From Candidatus Iainarchaeum sp. (lineage in GTDB: Archaea; Iainarchaeota; Iainarchaeia; Iainarchaeales; GCA-2688035), in the NCBI GenBank assembly GCA_017610175.1, contig JAFCCO010000017.1, forward strand, positions 1-25,678: a stretch of 25,678 bases of DNA. Direction: 5' to 3'. Of this stretch, positions 1 to 8,776 are shown piece after piece; position 1 is the first letter of the stretch; each line of letters begins with the position of its first letter. The position numbers and the translations under genes were made by a program. Under the pieces are notes generated by a model, which searched no databases, was not told the origin of the DNA, and saw only the letters and a program-made list of their open reading frames with translations.

Positions 1-169
1 TGTGCCATTTTTTGACCCTTTTTGAATATTTTGTGAAGGAATTTTGAAGTATAACAGCACCTATACTGCATCTCGTGCCTAAAACGCGTTCTGAGGGGGC
101 TATGGGGTAATTCTCGCCGTTTTACGCCATTTGCGGCTTTTATTTTGCGGCATTATTGCTGCATTTGGG

Positions 170-535
170 CTATTCTGCAGTTCTAAAGCATTCTACTTCG
201 CTTTTGGGTGAATGTAGGCCTTTCTTGTGGTTGCCTTGGTTTTTGTATGTCCAGTCTCTTTTTTCAGGAATAGTGTTATGTATAAGTCCGCTCTGTTTTG
301 GCTTTGAGTGGACTGCGATATGTTCGGGTGGATTCATTAAAATTTCTTTTACCTCGGTTGTTGTCCACTTGCTTTTGTTTTTTCCGTAGTTCATTTGGTC
401 CCTTATCCCGCATATTTTCAAAAGCCCTTTTTCTGTTAAATGTGCCCTCGATTTCATGATTTTGAGGGCTCTGGCCCATAGGATAAAATCATTGCCTTTT
501 GTGGTGTAAAACTGTTGTTTTTTGAGAATTATTGG
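170..535 (-). pseudogene. C-terminal half of a LAGLIDADG homing endonuclease (5'-truncated remnant)
   Basis: The frame of ORF 170..457 is open upstream to a TAA at 599-601. It reads PIILKKQQFYTTKGNDFILWARALKIMKSRAHLTEKGLLKICGIRDQMN, matching the K..DF......M....HLT..GL.KI..I...MN tail of LAGLIDADG endonucleases. There is no LAGLIDADG helix and no start codon for the homologous part. Confidence 0.75.
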
Positions 536-834
536 GGCCTGTTTTTGTATTCGCCTCTGAGTTTTTTCAAATACTCTTTTTGCTTTGCCGTTTCTTCTTT
601 AGTTATTTCAATTAGGTGTTTTAAATATCATCTGGCACTGGGCTCTCCAATCGGATTGGCAATAGCAAATTTCAGGGCTTCACGATACAGTTTCAGCGCC
701 TGCCCGTTTCGCACAATATTTTCTTTTGGGGCTGCAGCAAGGCGTGTGTATCTTTCCAGCCATCAGCGCCTGCTCTGCTTTTTACCCTTGGCTGCTTTTT
801 TAACAGGTTTTTTTCCAGGCACTCTCGGGAGCAT
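529..834 (-). pseudogene. Basic small protein (MLPRVPGKKPVKK...), 101 codons, interrupted by two in-frame TGA; probable paralog of 9867..10166
   Basis: Manual translation from ATG 834 to TAA 529 with TGA at 765-763 and 630-628. A TATA-like element lies 20 nt upstream. It aligns by eye with 9867..10166 across both stops. Confidence 0.65.
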
Positions 835-854
835 ACAAATAATATGCGAATGGA

Positions 855-898
855 AGAATTTAATTGTTTGCCCTGCGAAAGAATAAAATACTAGTTTG
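855..898. promoter_or_regulatory. Bidirectional archaeal promoter cassette, copy 1
   Basis: AGAATTTAATTGTTT (855-869; minus-strand BRE/TATA-like) and CGAAAGAATAAAATACTAGTTTG (876-898; plus-strand BRE/TATA-like) lie between divergent ATGs at 834 and 916. Both blocks recur at 10186-10239. Confidence 0.65.
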
Positions 899-915
899 AA
901 CAATAATGTGGTTGA

Positions 916-1488
916 ATGCCTGGAAAATGGGGGGGCAGTGAAGAGCAGTGCTGTGAGCCCTGTGGTGAAGCTTGGAAAACCTTTCTGATAAGGCACTGGA
1001 AAATGTTTCTATTCATGATTGCGGCAACTATGGCTGCGGCAGTTGTAGCGCTTTTTGTGTTCCTTGGAGTTGTTGCCGATGCACAGACAACAGGTCTGGT
1101 GCCAGTTTTGCTTGGGGAATGGACCGTTGGCATTTGCATTGCATTTATTTTGAATGTAATTCTGTGGGAGCTTGTTTTTGTGGCAAGCTGGGCAATTCCA
1201 CTGGCACTAATACTCTATTTTGTGTGGTACAAAAATCTCCCGGCCGAAGAGCGAAAAGAGTACGAGGGGCCAAAACACCGCAAATCAAATGGGGACAGTG
1301 TCATATCCTTCTTTGCAGGATTAATTTGGCTGGCCATTGTGTGGACCGGGGGAAAGTGGGACCTTGCATTCCAAGCATGGACATTCAATGACTGGGTATA
1401 CACCTGGTTAACAGCATACCTGTGGATTTTACTGATTGTAGGAATCCCGGGAACAATTTACGTTCTCTGGGCCCTTAGCAAAAAATAG
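916..1488 (+). CDS. Hypothetical integral membrane protein (about 4-5 TM segments, Trp-rich)
   Basis: 190-aa ORF with several hydrophobic spans and a charged loop; TATA-like element upstream. Confidence 0.8.
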   Translation: MPGKWGGSEEQCCEPCGEAWKTFLIRHWKMFLFMIAATMAAAVVALFVFLGVVADAQTTGLVPVLLGEWTVGICIAFILNVILWELVFVASWAIPLALILYFVWYKNLPAEERKEYEGPKHRKSNGDSVISFFAGLIWLAIVWTGGKWDLAFQAWTFNDWVYTWLTAYLWILLIVGIPGTIYVLWALSKK

Positions 1489-1700
1489 TCCGCCGACTTT
1501 AACGCGCTTTTCTTCCTTTGGCACAACCAAAAGTTATGTAGCATTAACTATGTTTTTTCCCGCATTATTGCGTTAGGGTTCCTTTTTCAGGATCTTTTTA
1601 GCACAACGGCATTGTTTTATTCTACTGGAAATTGAAAGAATTTAATCCTTTTCCCTTTGCCCCTCCAGAAATCTTCCATGGCTTTCGCTGGGGTTTTCAA

Positions 1701-1730
1701 TAAAAATAAAAAAAAATAGAAATAGTTTTT
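1701..1730 (-). terminator. Oligo-T archaeal terminator-like tract downstream of CxxC-x17-CxxC gene 1
   Basis: Minus strand reads AAAAACTATTTCTATTTTTTTTTATTTTTA shortly after the stop at 1757. Confidence 0.5.
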
Positions 1731-1744
1731 GAAGAAATTCAAAC

Positions 1745-1766
1745 CAATTACTGGAATCAGTAATTG
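1745..1766. repeat. Perfect 9-bp inverted repeat spanning the stop codon of CxxC-x17-CxxC gene 1
   Basis: CAATTACTG-gaat-CAGTAATTG. Confidence 0.7.
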
Positions 1767-1912
1767 TCGTTTCTTGGTTTCTTATGTTTCATAAAACAGT
1801 CTTTGCAGTAAACAGGTCTTGTTCCGTCTGGTTTGAAAGGAACTTCTGTTTCCTTTCCGCAGTCAGCGCAAGTTACCTTGTGCATTTCTCTGTTATACTG
1901 ATCATCAGCCAT
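1757..1912 (-). CDS. CxxC-x17-CxxC domain small zinc-binding protein, copy 1 (51 aa; absent from the ORF track)
   Basis: MADDQYNREMHKVTCADCGKETEVPFKPDGTRPVYCKDCFMKHKKPRNDNY; GGTGA SD at 1926-1922; 39/51 identical to 11140..11295. Confidence 0.92.
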   Translation of the reverse strand: MADDQYNREMHKVTCADCGKETEVPFKPDGTRPVYCKDCFMKHKKPRNDNY

Positions 1913-2197
1913 AGTATTTTTTCACCATTTTTTGTTTTATTACTTAAACCAATTCGCAAAAATAAGCCAAGTAATACAAAATTAGTTACTAGCAGGAGTT
2001 TAAAAGCACGTTGAAAGAGGCTTTGGGGGAATATTTTTTATCTTGTTTTTTTTCTAGGATAATGTGATTTGAATGGCGCTAGAATATTCTTCTGTTAGGT
2101 CATTCCTTTGGCTTTTGTTTCAAGGGGGGGCGGCGGAAACAATTTGGGCTAAAAAAATGAGGACAAAAATCGAAGCAAACATCTTCGGGTTCATGCG

Positions 2198-2743
2198 TTA
2201 TTCACACTCCGCATTGTAGGCGTCCTGCAGTTCGTCCGACTTCTGCGAGTACTCTGCGGCCTTTGTTTGGTCTTCCTCGATTAAGGAGCTGTAGCGGTAG
2301 CCCTGGAATGAAACAAACTTGTCGTTGCATTCCTCTTCCTTTCCGGCGCACAGGTTTGCATTCTCGCATCCGCCAAACTGCCAGCTTTCCCCTGACGGAT
2401 GAATCCAGGCAATTCTGCAGGCTTTTGTGCTTTCACAGCTGTCCAAATTAGTACACAGCGAACAGCAGCCGGGTGAGCATTCTGTGCAGCCTTCTACCTC
2501 AAACATAAGGGCGTCGCATAGTTCTTCCAAACAGGTGTTTTTACTGCAAAAGTCGACGCATGGCCCCCCCCTGTTTGCCGGCGTGTCACAGTATTTGGCT
2601 GTCGGCTCGCTTGTTAAAGCAGGGTATTTGGGTGGCGACAGAGGTATGTTGTTTTCATTTGATTCAGGCGGTTCAGGGGGCCAAATGCAACCGCTAACCG
2701 CGACAAGTGCAATTAGCAAGCCAATCCAAACGGTATTTTGCAT
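2198..2743 (-). CDS. Cys-rich lipoprotein-like secreted protein
   Basis: Start moved to ATG 2743: MQNTVWIGLLIALVAVSGC (lipobox-like SGC), followed by a Pro-rich linker and many Cys. Confidence 0.8.
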   Translation of the reverse strand: MQNTVWIGLLIALVAVSGCIWPPEPPESNENNIPLSPPKYPALTSEPTAKYCDTPANRGGPCVDFCSKNTCLEELCDALMFEVEGCTECSPGCCSLCTNLDSCESTKACRIAWIHPSGESWQFGGCENANLCAGKEEECNDKFVSFQGYRYSSLIEEDQTKAAEYSQKSDELQDAYNAECE

Positions 2744-2923
2744 TAAATAGTGTAAGTGTTTTGCCTTTTTTAAGTTTTGGGCAATTAGCCGGTGCACAGG
2801 GCAAACAATAAAAGGGAGGGGGGCTGTTTGGGTATTGTTAGGGATTTTTACACCCCCCTGGAACAGGAAATTATTAAATACAAGCTTCCCCTTTTCTATA
2901 ATTGTTTCCCAAAGGTGGTTTGC

Positions 2924-3565
2924 TTGATTTCAAGGGCTAGAAAAAAAACCGTTGGCATTTCCCGCCTGCTTGCAAAGCCGTTTGTTGCCTTGCATATTCA
3001 CCCCACAGCAGTTTCATTGCTTGCCATACCCCTGGCACTCATTTCAGCCTGGTTTGTTTTCAAGTCAGATTTCCTGCTTTCCTTTCTTTTTGCATTCCTT
3101 GCTATTCTGATTGACTTGTTTGACGGCGAGGTTGCAAGGGTAAGCGGCAAGGTTTCGCTTTTTGGAAACTATATAGAGGGAATGATTGACAAAACAGTTG
3201 ATTTCATCCTAATCGGCTCTTTTGTTTTCCTGTTTCCCTTTGAAACAGCGTTTGCCCTGGGCTGCTCTTTTTTGGCAAGTTTTGCCAAGCCAAGGCTTGC
3301 TCTCGTAATAATCACAGACAACAGGGATTGGCCTGGTTTGGGGGAAAGGGGCGACAAAATGGCTGTTCTGCTTGCAGGGCTTTTTGCAGCAAGTTTTATG
3401 CCAATTCTTTTCGGGGTTGAAACAATGAGGCTTGCATTGTATTTGCTTGCATTCATTGCCCTAATTGGAGCAATCCAGCGGATTTTTTATGCCAAAAGCC
3501 TGATAGGGGACGCTGAGGAAAAGGGAACAATGCTTCCCTATCTTAAGGAACAGGGAAAGAGATGA
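2924..3565 (+). CDS. CDP-alcohol phosphatidyltransferase family protein
   Basis: Motif DLFDGEVAR...GNYIEGMID, plus HPTAVS and GLGERGD. Start set at TTG 2924 behind a GGTGG SD. Confidence 0.88.
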   Translation: MISRARKKTVGISRLLAKPFVALHIHPTAVSLLAIPLALISAWFVFKSDFLLSFLFAFLAILIDLFDGEVARVSGKVSLFGNYIEGMIDKTVDFILIGSFVFLFPFETAFALGCSFLASFAKPRLALVIITDNRDWPGLGERGDKMAVLLAGLFAASFMPILFGVETMRLALYLLAFIALIGAIQRIFYAKSLIGDAEEKGTMLPYLKEQGKR

Positions 3566-5280
3566 ATAAAGACATTTTATTTGCGGCATCAATTGCAATA
3601 ATCGCATTGCTTGCCTATTCCCAGTTCTTCGGAATACAAATCCCCGAATTTGACGCAGTTGCAAACACCCTGTCCCATTCCAGCCAAAACCCTGCTGAAA
3701 CAATAAAAATTTTCACTTCCCCGCAGCAGAGCTATCATTTAAGTAGCATAGTCTACAGGCCTGTGGAAAGCCTTGTTTGGCGGCTTTTCTTTTCCTTCCA
3801 AGGAATGAATCTTACCTTGTCTCATTTGTTCATGTTTCTGCTGCATGCCTTAAACAGCGCCCTCGTTTTCGTTCTCGCAACAAAGCTCTTGAGAGACAAA
3901 AGCAGGATTTTTTCTTTCACTGCAGCCCTTGCTTTTGCGCTTAATCCAATTCATTTGCACACTGTTTTGTTTGCCTCAAGGCTTCCGGAACTCTTAGTTG
4001 CATTTTCCCTTTTTTCCTCTCTGTTGCTTCTTTCAAAATACTTCAAATCAAAGAACAAAATATTTTTTCACCTGGCGATATTCACCTGCTTTGCCGGCGT
4101 CTTCTCAAAGGCGGCAGGAAGCCTCATTCCCCCTGTTTTGCTGCTCTGTGTTTTTATATTCAGCAAAGAGCCTGCATTAAAGAAAAGAGTCAAGAATGCG
4201 TTCAAACTTTGTTTTCCCTTCCTTGTCCTTATTCCGGTTTACATTGCTTTAATGTTTTTTTCCCTTGGCAAAGTTGCAGGCTACACAAGCCCTTCTCAAA
4301 TCCCTTTGTCCAAGCTGGTTGTCAACTTTATAAATTACGCTTTTCTCCCGGCAAATTTTATCCAAACGACCTTTTTCCAGGATGTCCTCACCCTAACAGC
4401 AAATTCCACACTTGGTGCATTCACAGTAATAGTTTTCCTCGCCTTTGCCTTAATTGCCTTAAAGTTTTTTTCACAGAAACGGGAAAGAAAGCAAGAGCTT
4501 TTTCTCTTCACCTGGCTTATGTTGTTCGTCCTTGCTTTTCTTGCATCCAACAGGTTCTACTGGTGGTATATGTATGTTCCAACAATCCCGTTTGTTATAC
4601 TGCTTGCTCTATGCCTAAAAAATGGCATTGCATTTGTCAAAGAACAGGCTCATGCTTTGAACAAAGCATTCCTGCCGGCCATTGCCTTAACTGCCATTGC
4701 CTCAATTGCCATTTCAGCCCTCTTTCTTTCCTTTGCTTTCAACTCCTCTCTGTTTGTACAATACCCTGAGTTCTGGAAAGCAGGCAGTGCAACTCAAACA
4801 TACCTGTCAAGCATTGAGGCCGTTGCATACACTCTGCCCGACCAAAGCATTGTTTTTCTCTTAAATATGCCGGAATACATGAACCCAAAAGGCGGCCTTG
4901 GCTACAACATTCTCTTAACCAACGAAGCATCGGTGCAGGCCTGGCTTGACTGGAAATTTCCCAAAAAAGGGCTTGAGGCGTTTTCGCTAACCGGCTTATT
5001 TTTGCACTCCGGCCTTGAAGAAACCGAACTTTCCTCACACTGGACTGGCAACTGCGTTTTCAAAACAGAGAACCTCAATAAAAAAAATGCAACAATTTAC
5101 GCGTCCGCTTCCTGGAAGCAGGAGCTTGCAGAAACAGATGGCATTGTTCTCACACCAGCCTACAGGGAAGAAGAATCAATTTCAATAAGGTTTTCCCCCG
5201 ACAGAACAGAAAACACGTTCCTCCTTGTTTTTGACGGAAAGAACACCAAAGTGTTCTCCCTTAAAGAATTCTGCAGGTGA
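3562..5280 (+). CDS. Multi-pass GT-C-type glycosyltransferase (TMTC/ArnT-like, no TPRs)
   Basis: YRP, HL....LHALNSALVF, FALNP...TV...SR.ELL and SK motifs; more than 10 TM segments and a C-terminal soluble domain; ATGA overlap with the upstream gene. Confidence 0.72.
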   Translation: MNKDILFAASIAIIALLAYSQFFGIQIPEFDAVANTLSHSSQNPAETIKIFTSPQQSYHLSSIVYRPVESLVWRLFFSFQGMNLTLSHLFMFLLHALNSALVFVLATKLLRDKSRIFSFTAALAFALNPIHLHTVLFASRLPELLVAFSLFSSLLLLSKYFKSKNKIFFHLAIFTCFAGVFSKAAGSLIPPVLLLCVFIFSKEPALKKRVKNAFKLCFPFLVLIPVYIALMFFSLGKVAGYTSPSQIPLSKLVVNFINYAFLPANFIQTTFFQDVLTLTANSTLGAFTVIVFLAFALIALKFFSQKRERKQELFLFTWLMLFVLAFLASNRFYWWYMYVPTIPFVILLALCLKNGIAFVKEQAHALNKAFLPAIALTAIASIAISALFLSFAFNSSLFVQYPEFWKAGSATQTYLSSIEAVAYTLPDQSIVFLLNMPEYMNPKGGLGYNILLTNEASVQAWLDWKFPKKGLEAFSLTGLFLHSGLEETELSSHWTGNCVFKTENLNKKNATIYASASWKQELAETDGIVLTPAYREEESISIRFSPDRTENTFLLVFDGKNTKVFSLKEFCR

Positions 5281-5422
5281 ACTTGCAAACTCCTTTCAAG
5301 GATAACTTTATTCCACTATTCTAATAATCAAAAATCCGGAAGACTAAAGTTATACCACTTGTTTTTAAATTGGAAAAACTCTACTATATACTAATTTATT
5401 TATGTACGCTGAGTGTGTTTGA

Positions 5423-7249
5423 ATGCATTGGAAAGGAATCTCTGTAGCTTTGTTTCTGCTGGTTCTGCTGACCGGACTTTGCACTGCCGCAGACATTGAC
5501 TGCGTTGAGTTAAATAGAGTTAATTCCTGTGCAGATCTTCAAACGCCTGCCGGTTACCCCAACGAGGCGGAATCTTATTGCCCTTTGCATTGTGCATATG
5601 ACTCAGTGCTTAAGGAATCTTTTATTTGTGGGCCATTTGGTAGTTCAGGAGAATGTACCGCTGTCTCATCACTGGGGTGCACTACAGGAACCTGCTGCAG
5701 AATAGAATTGGTTGATGCAAAGTTTTCGTTTAGCAAAAAGTATGTTGAGGACACAAAGAAAAACCGCGGTTTTGACCCGCGTAAATGGGGTATGACCCTG
5801 TTTGATGACATTGTGTTTGATTTCAAGGTGCTTGTGTGTGGAGAGCAAGGCTGTATTGACAGGGCAAAGGCAATGGAGAAAACAGGCAATGTTAACATTG
5901 TGGTTGGAGACCCTTCAAAAAAAGAGTATGAAAAAATAGTGGATTTGGATTCTGATTCGGTAAAGTTTTTGGGAACACTGCCTGCTGACGAATATGGCGC
6001 TGGCTGCAAGTATCTTTTGTACAGGTGGGAAGATGAGTTCAGGGGGTGGGACGATGGCGACGCGCCAGGCTTTGTGCAAACTGAAAGCCTGCTTGAAACC
6101 CTGGTTGAGGAGAAGAAAATAAAGGGTGTTGTAAAAGTCAATGGTAAGGAGTATTTTTCTTCTGTAAGAAGGACAACCAATTGCGTTTACTTGAATGGTT
6201 CGGATGGAAGCAGTAACAAAACTCCTGCTAAAAGAAAGTTTTTTTATGCGCAGGACAATTCCTTTAAAAAAACAGTTGCTGAATTTGTAGGGATTGTGCA
6301 GGATTCTATTGAAAACAGTTTTGAGGCAACAGAGCCCTTCAAATCCAACAAAGACAAACTGGCTCACTATATAGAACTCAAAAAAGGATGGTGGAAAAGC
6401 GGTGTAGATTCGGATTGTGAGAATAAGGTTCCAGGCGCAATTAGCGTAGAATATAACCCTGATTTTTTTAAAGGTGGTTTAGTTGTAGGTGCGGGATTGA
6501 GCTTGATGGCTAATAATGGCGAGATATTCCTTGCAGGCTATACAAAGGGACTGGCCCAAACATTGATGCATGAAGTAGGGCATACTCTTTGCGGTTTGGG
6601 CGATGAATCAAAAAATGCTACCAATGGCTATAGTTCAAGTGAACTGCCCTTTGAACAAATGTTCTTAGGGACTAATTGCAAGCAGACTGGCCAAGCATTT
6701 GGCATATATGGAGCCAACAACATACCGGGTTGTATTCAAGAAAAAGCCTTTATACCCTCTCGTTTTAGCCTTATGAATTATGCTCCAATGAATGACAATA
6801 GATTAAATGTCATAAGCTGTGGTTTTTGTCTGAATGCACTAAACAGGAACAATTCTTCAGATGCTTTTGATGAATGTCTGAATATGCCTGGAGTAATAAA
6901 ACCAGGGGAAGAATGTGAACAGAATGTTCATTGCACGGGCGAAGACTATTACGAGCGTCCATATTGCACTTTTTGCAATACAACAACAAAGACTTGTGAG
7001 CAACTTGGGTCAGTGCCCTGTTTTGGAGATTTTGAAGGTCAGCCCTTCTTTGGCTACTGTGATAACGGACGATGTACTCCTGATGAAAGCGTCCAATGTG
7101 TTAGAGAAACTGATTGTAGCGGCTATCAGCCTTATGACTCGGGTTGTGTAGACTCATGCACTAATGGAACTTGCGTTTTCTCACCGGATGGAAAAGAATG
7201 TTTTAGAGATATGGTGGAAGGCACTTGTTTAGGGGGTGTTTGCCAGTGA
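5423..7249 (+). CDS. Secreted Cys-rich zinc metallopeptidase, M64 (IgA peptidase)-like
   Basis: Signal peptide, LMHEVGHTLCGLGDE (HExxH...L.DE), downstream SLMN, and Cys-rich modules at both termini. Confidence 0.75.
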   Translation: MHWKGISVALFLLVLLTGLCTAADIDCVELNRVNSCADLQTPAGYPNEAESYCPLHCAYDSVLKESFICGPFGSSGECTAVSSLGCTTGTCCRIELVDAKFSFSKKYVEDTKKNRGFDPRKWGMTLFDDIVFDFKVLVCGEQGCIDRAKAMEKTGNVNIVVGDPSKKEYEKIVDLDSDSVKFLGTLPADEYGAGCKYLLYRWEDEFRGWDDGDAPGFVQTESLLETLVEEKKIKGVVKVNGKEYFSSVRRTTNCVYLNGSDGSSNKTPAKRKFFYAQDNSFKKTVAEFVGIVQDSIENSFEATEPFKSNKDKLAHYIELKKGWWKSGVDSDCENKVPGAISVEYNPDFFKGGLVVGAGLSLMANNGEIFLAGYTKGLAQTLMHEVGHTLCGLGDESKNATNGYSSSELPFEQMFLGTNCKQTGQAFGIYGANNIPGCIQEKAFIPSRFSLMNYAPMNDNRLNVISCGFCLNALNRNNSSDAFDECLNMPGVIKPGEECEQNVHCTGEDYYERPYCTFCNTTTKTCEQLGSVPCFGDFEGQPFFGYCDNGRCTPDESVQCVRETDCSGYQPYDSGCVDSCTNGTCVFSPDGKECFRDMVEGTCLGGVCQ

Positions 7250-8772
7250 CCGCGAAAGCCAATTTATTCTTTATCCTGTTGATTTTGCTGTTGCCTTGTT
7301 TTGCATGCTTTTCTTACGCGGTTTCCTTTGACGGAACTGATGAAGCCTGTTATGTGCGTCTTACAATTTTTGAGGAAAAGGTTGTGGAAACCCCTGAAGA
7401 CGGTCCATACCCTGAAGGACTTTCTTTTATTCTGCAGAGCCTTGAAAATGTTTACAAGCTTCTTCCAGAAAACACTGTTCAAGACCCTGCTGATTATTTG
7501 CTGATTGCATTTGATTCATCCGAAACTGAGTTGTTTGAGATGCCTTTACATTCAGCAAGAATGGTTTCTATTGATTATATTAATGAAAATACGGGGGAAT
7601 TCACAGGTGGTGGCTCAATGGAATTAGAAAGTGGGCAAATGGTTGTTGACCTGTTGTATGATCCTGCTATTGCATCAGTCAAAATAATTGTTGGAACTCA
7701 AACTAGTGACCTGGGAGTTGACCCAAATGATCTTACTTGCGAGAGAACCTGCTTGATAGCTGGTGAAATAGGAGACTATACTGATGGGTATTGTTGCAAT
7801 GGTTTTTTTGAAATTCCAAGCGGAGAGAACGCTTTTACCTGTATGCAGCCCGAAGATTATGAATTTATAGAAGACCTGGTGCAGCCTCCTGAACCAACTG
7901 ACCCGCCCTGCCTTTCAGCCGATGTGGACGGAAGTGGAACAGTGGACGTCTCCGACTATATAGCAATAAAAAGAACATTTGGCTCAACTGACTACTGCGG
8001 CTATGAGGACACTGATGGAGACGGGGCTGTTGGCTGGACAGACCTCCAAACATTAGGTGCGCAGATGGGGCAGTCAACAGGACCCTGTTATCAAAGGGTG
8101 CTAATTTGTAACATAAATGCCGATTTGACCGGTGACAGCGTTGTTGACGGCGCCGATGTTTTGGTTTTGAATGATGAGTGGGGCCCCTGCATTAATGGGT
8201 GCAATGGAGCCGATTTGACCGGTCCTGCCGGAGCCAGTGACGGAGTAGTTGACCTTTATGATTCGGATTTTTTGATTGGGTTTTTGGCGAATCCCGGCAG
8301 CGTTTCCTTTGATGCAGGCGGTTTGGTTAAAGGGTCTTTGGACTGCGTTTTGTCAATTCGGTTTTTTGACATTGTTTCGCCTGTTTCGTCCCCTACTTTG
8401 GTTGAGTTGGGTGTTAACCTTAAGAACGATTCAGTTAGCTCGGGTTTTGGTGTTGTCACAATTGAGGCAGTTAACCTTGATGGCAAAATCGTTTTCAAGT
8501 CCGATTCAAAAGAATTTTTGCTTTTTGCCGGCAAAGATTCCTCGTTTACTGTTCCAATGCTGGTTGATTCTGGAACCTGGAAGCAGGGCAATTACTATGT
8601 TAATGTTGAGGTTTCTGATTTTTCAGGAATGTTGCAAGATTCTGATTCCAAGATTTTGACCGTTTTAAAGCCTGTTGCCGTTGCATCAGTGCCGGAGATT
8701 GTGCCCCCTGCCATAATCTTAATTGTGATGGTGGTTCTGCTTGTGCTAAGAAATGGGAAAAAAGAAAAGTGA
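7246..8772 (+). CDS. Cell-surface protein with dockerin/EF-hand-like repeats, Ig-like domain and C-terminal VPE-TM-basic sorting signal
   Basis: GTG 7246 overlaps the upstream TGA. Signal peptide; four D-x-D/T-G-x-x-x-V-x-x-x-D-type repeats; C-terminus VPEIVPPAIILIVMVVLLVLRNGKKEK. Confidence 0.8.
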   Translation: MTAKANLFFILLILLLPCFACFSYAVSFDGTDEACYVRLTIFEEKVVETPEDGPYPEGLSFILQSLENVYKLLPENTVQDPADYLLIAFDSSETELFEMPLHSARMVSIDYINENTGEFTGGGSMELESGQMVVDLLYDPAIASVKIIVGTQTSDLGVDPNDLTCERTCLIAGEIGDYTDGYCCNGFFEIPSGENAFTCMQPEDYEFIEDLVQPPEPTDPPCLSADVDGSGTVDVSDYIAIKRTFGSTDYCGYEDTDGDGAVGWTDLQTLGAQMGQSTGPCYQRVLICNINADLTGDSVVDGADVLVLNDEWGPCINGCNGADLTGPAGASDGVVDLYDSDFLIGFLANPGSVSFDAGGLVKGSLDCVLSIRFFDIVSPVSSPTLVELGVNLKNDSVSSGFGVVTIEAVNLDGKIVFKSDSKEFLLFAGKDSSFTVPMLVDSGTWKQGNYYVNVEVSDFSGMLQDSDSKILTVLKPVAVASVPEIVPPAIILIVMVVLLVLRNGKKEK

Positions 8773-8776
8773 ATCA

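Noticed and set aside
1-8. Possible minus-strand gene start (ATG GCA CA) at the window edge
   Set aside because: Only 8 nt are visible, so it cannot be supported.
49-66. GTATA-N8-TATAC inverted repeat
   Set aside because: The 5-bp AT-rich arms are expected by chance, and no second copy was noticed.
529-834. Genome-wide TGA recoding or selenocysteine to explain the in-frame stops
   Set aside because: TGA terminates pgk, hydB, hydG, the ferredoxin and other genes at the expected positions. The contexts are not Cys-like.
515-886. 123-aa plus-strand ORF
   Set aside because: Antisense shadow of the Lys-rich minus-strand frame (Phe/Leu/Ser-rich).
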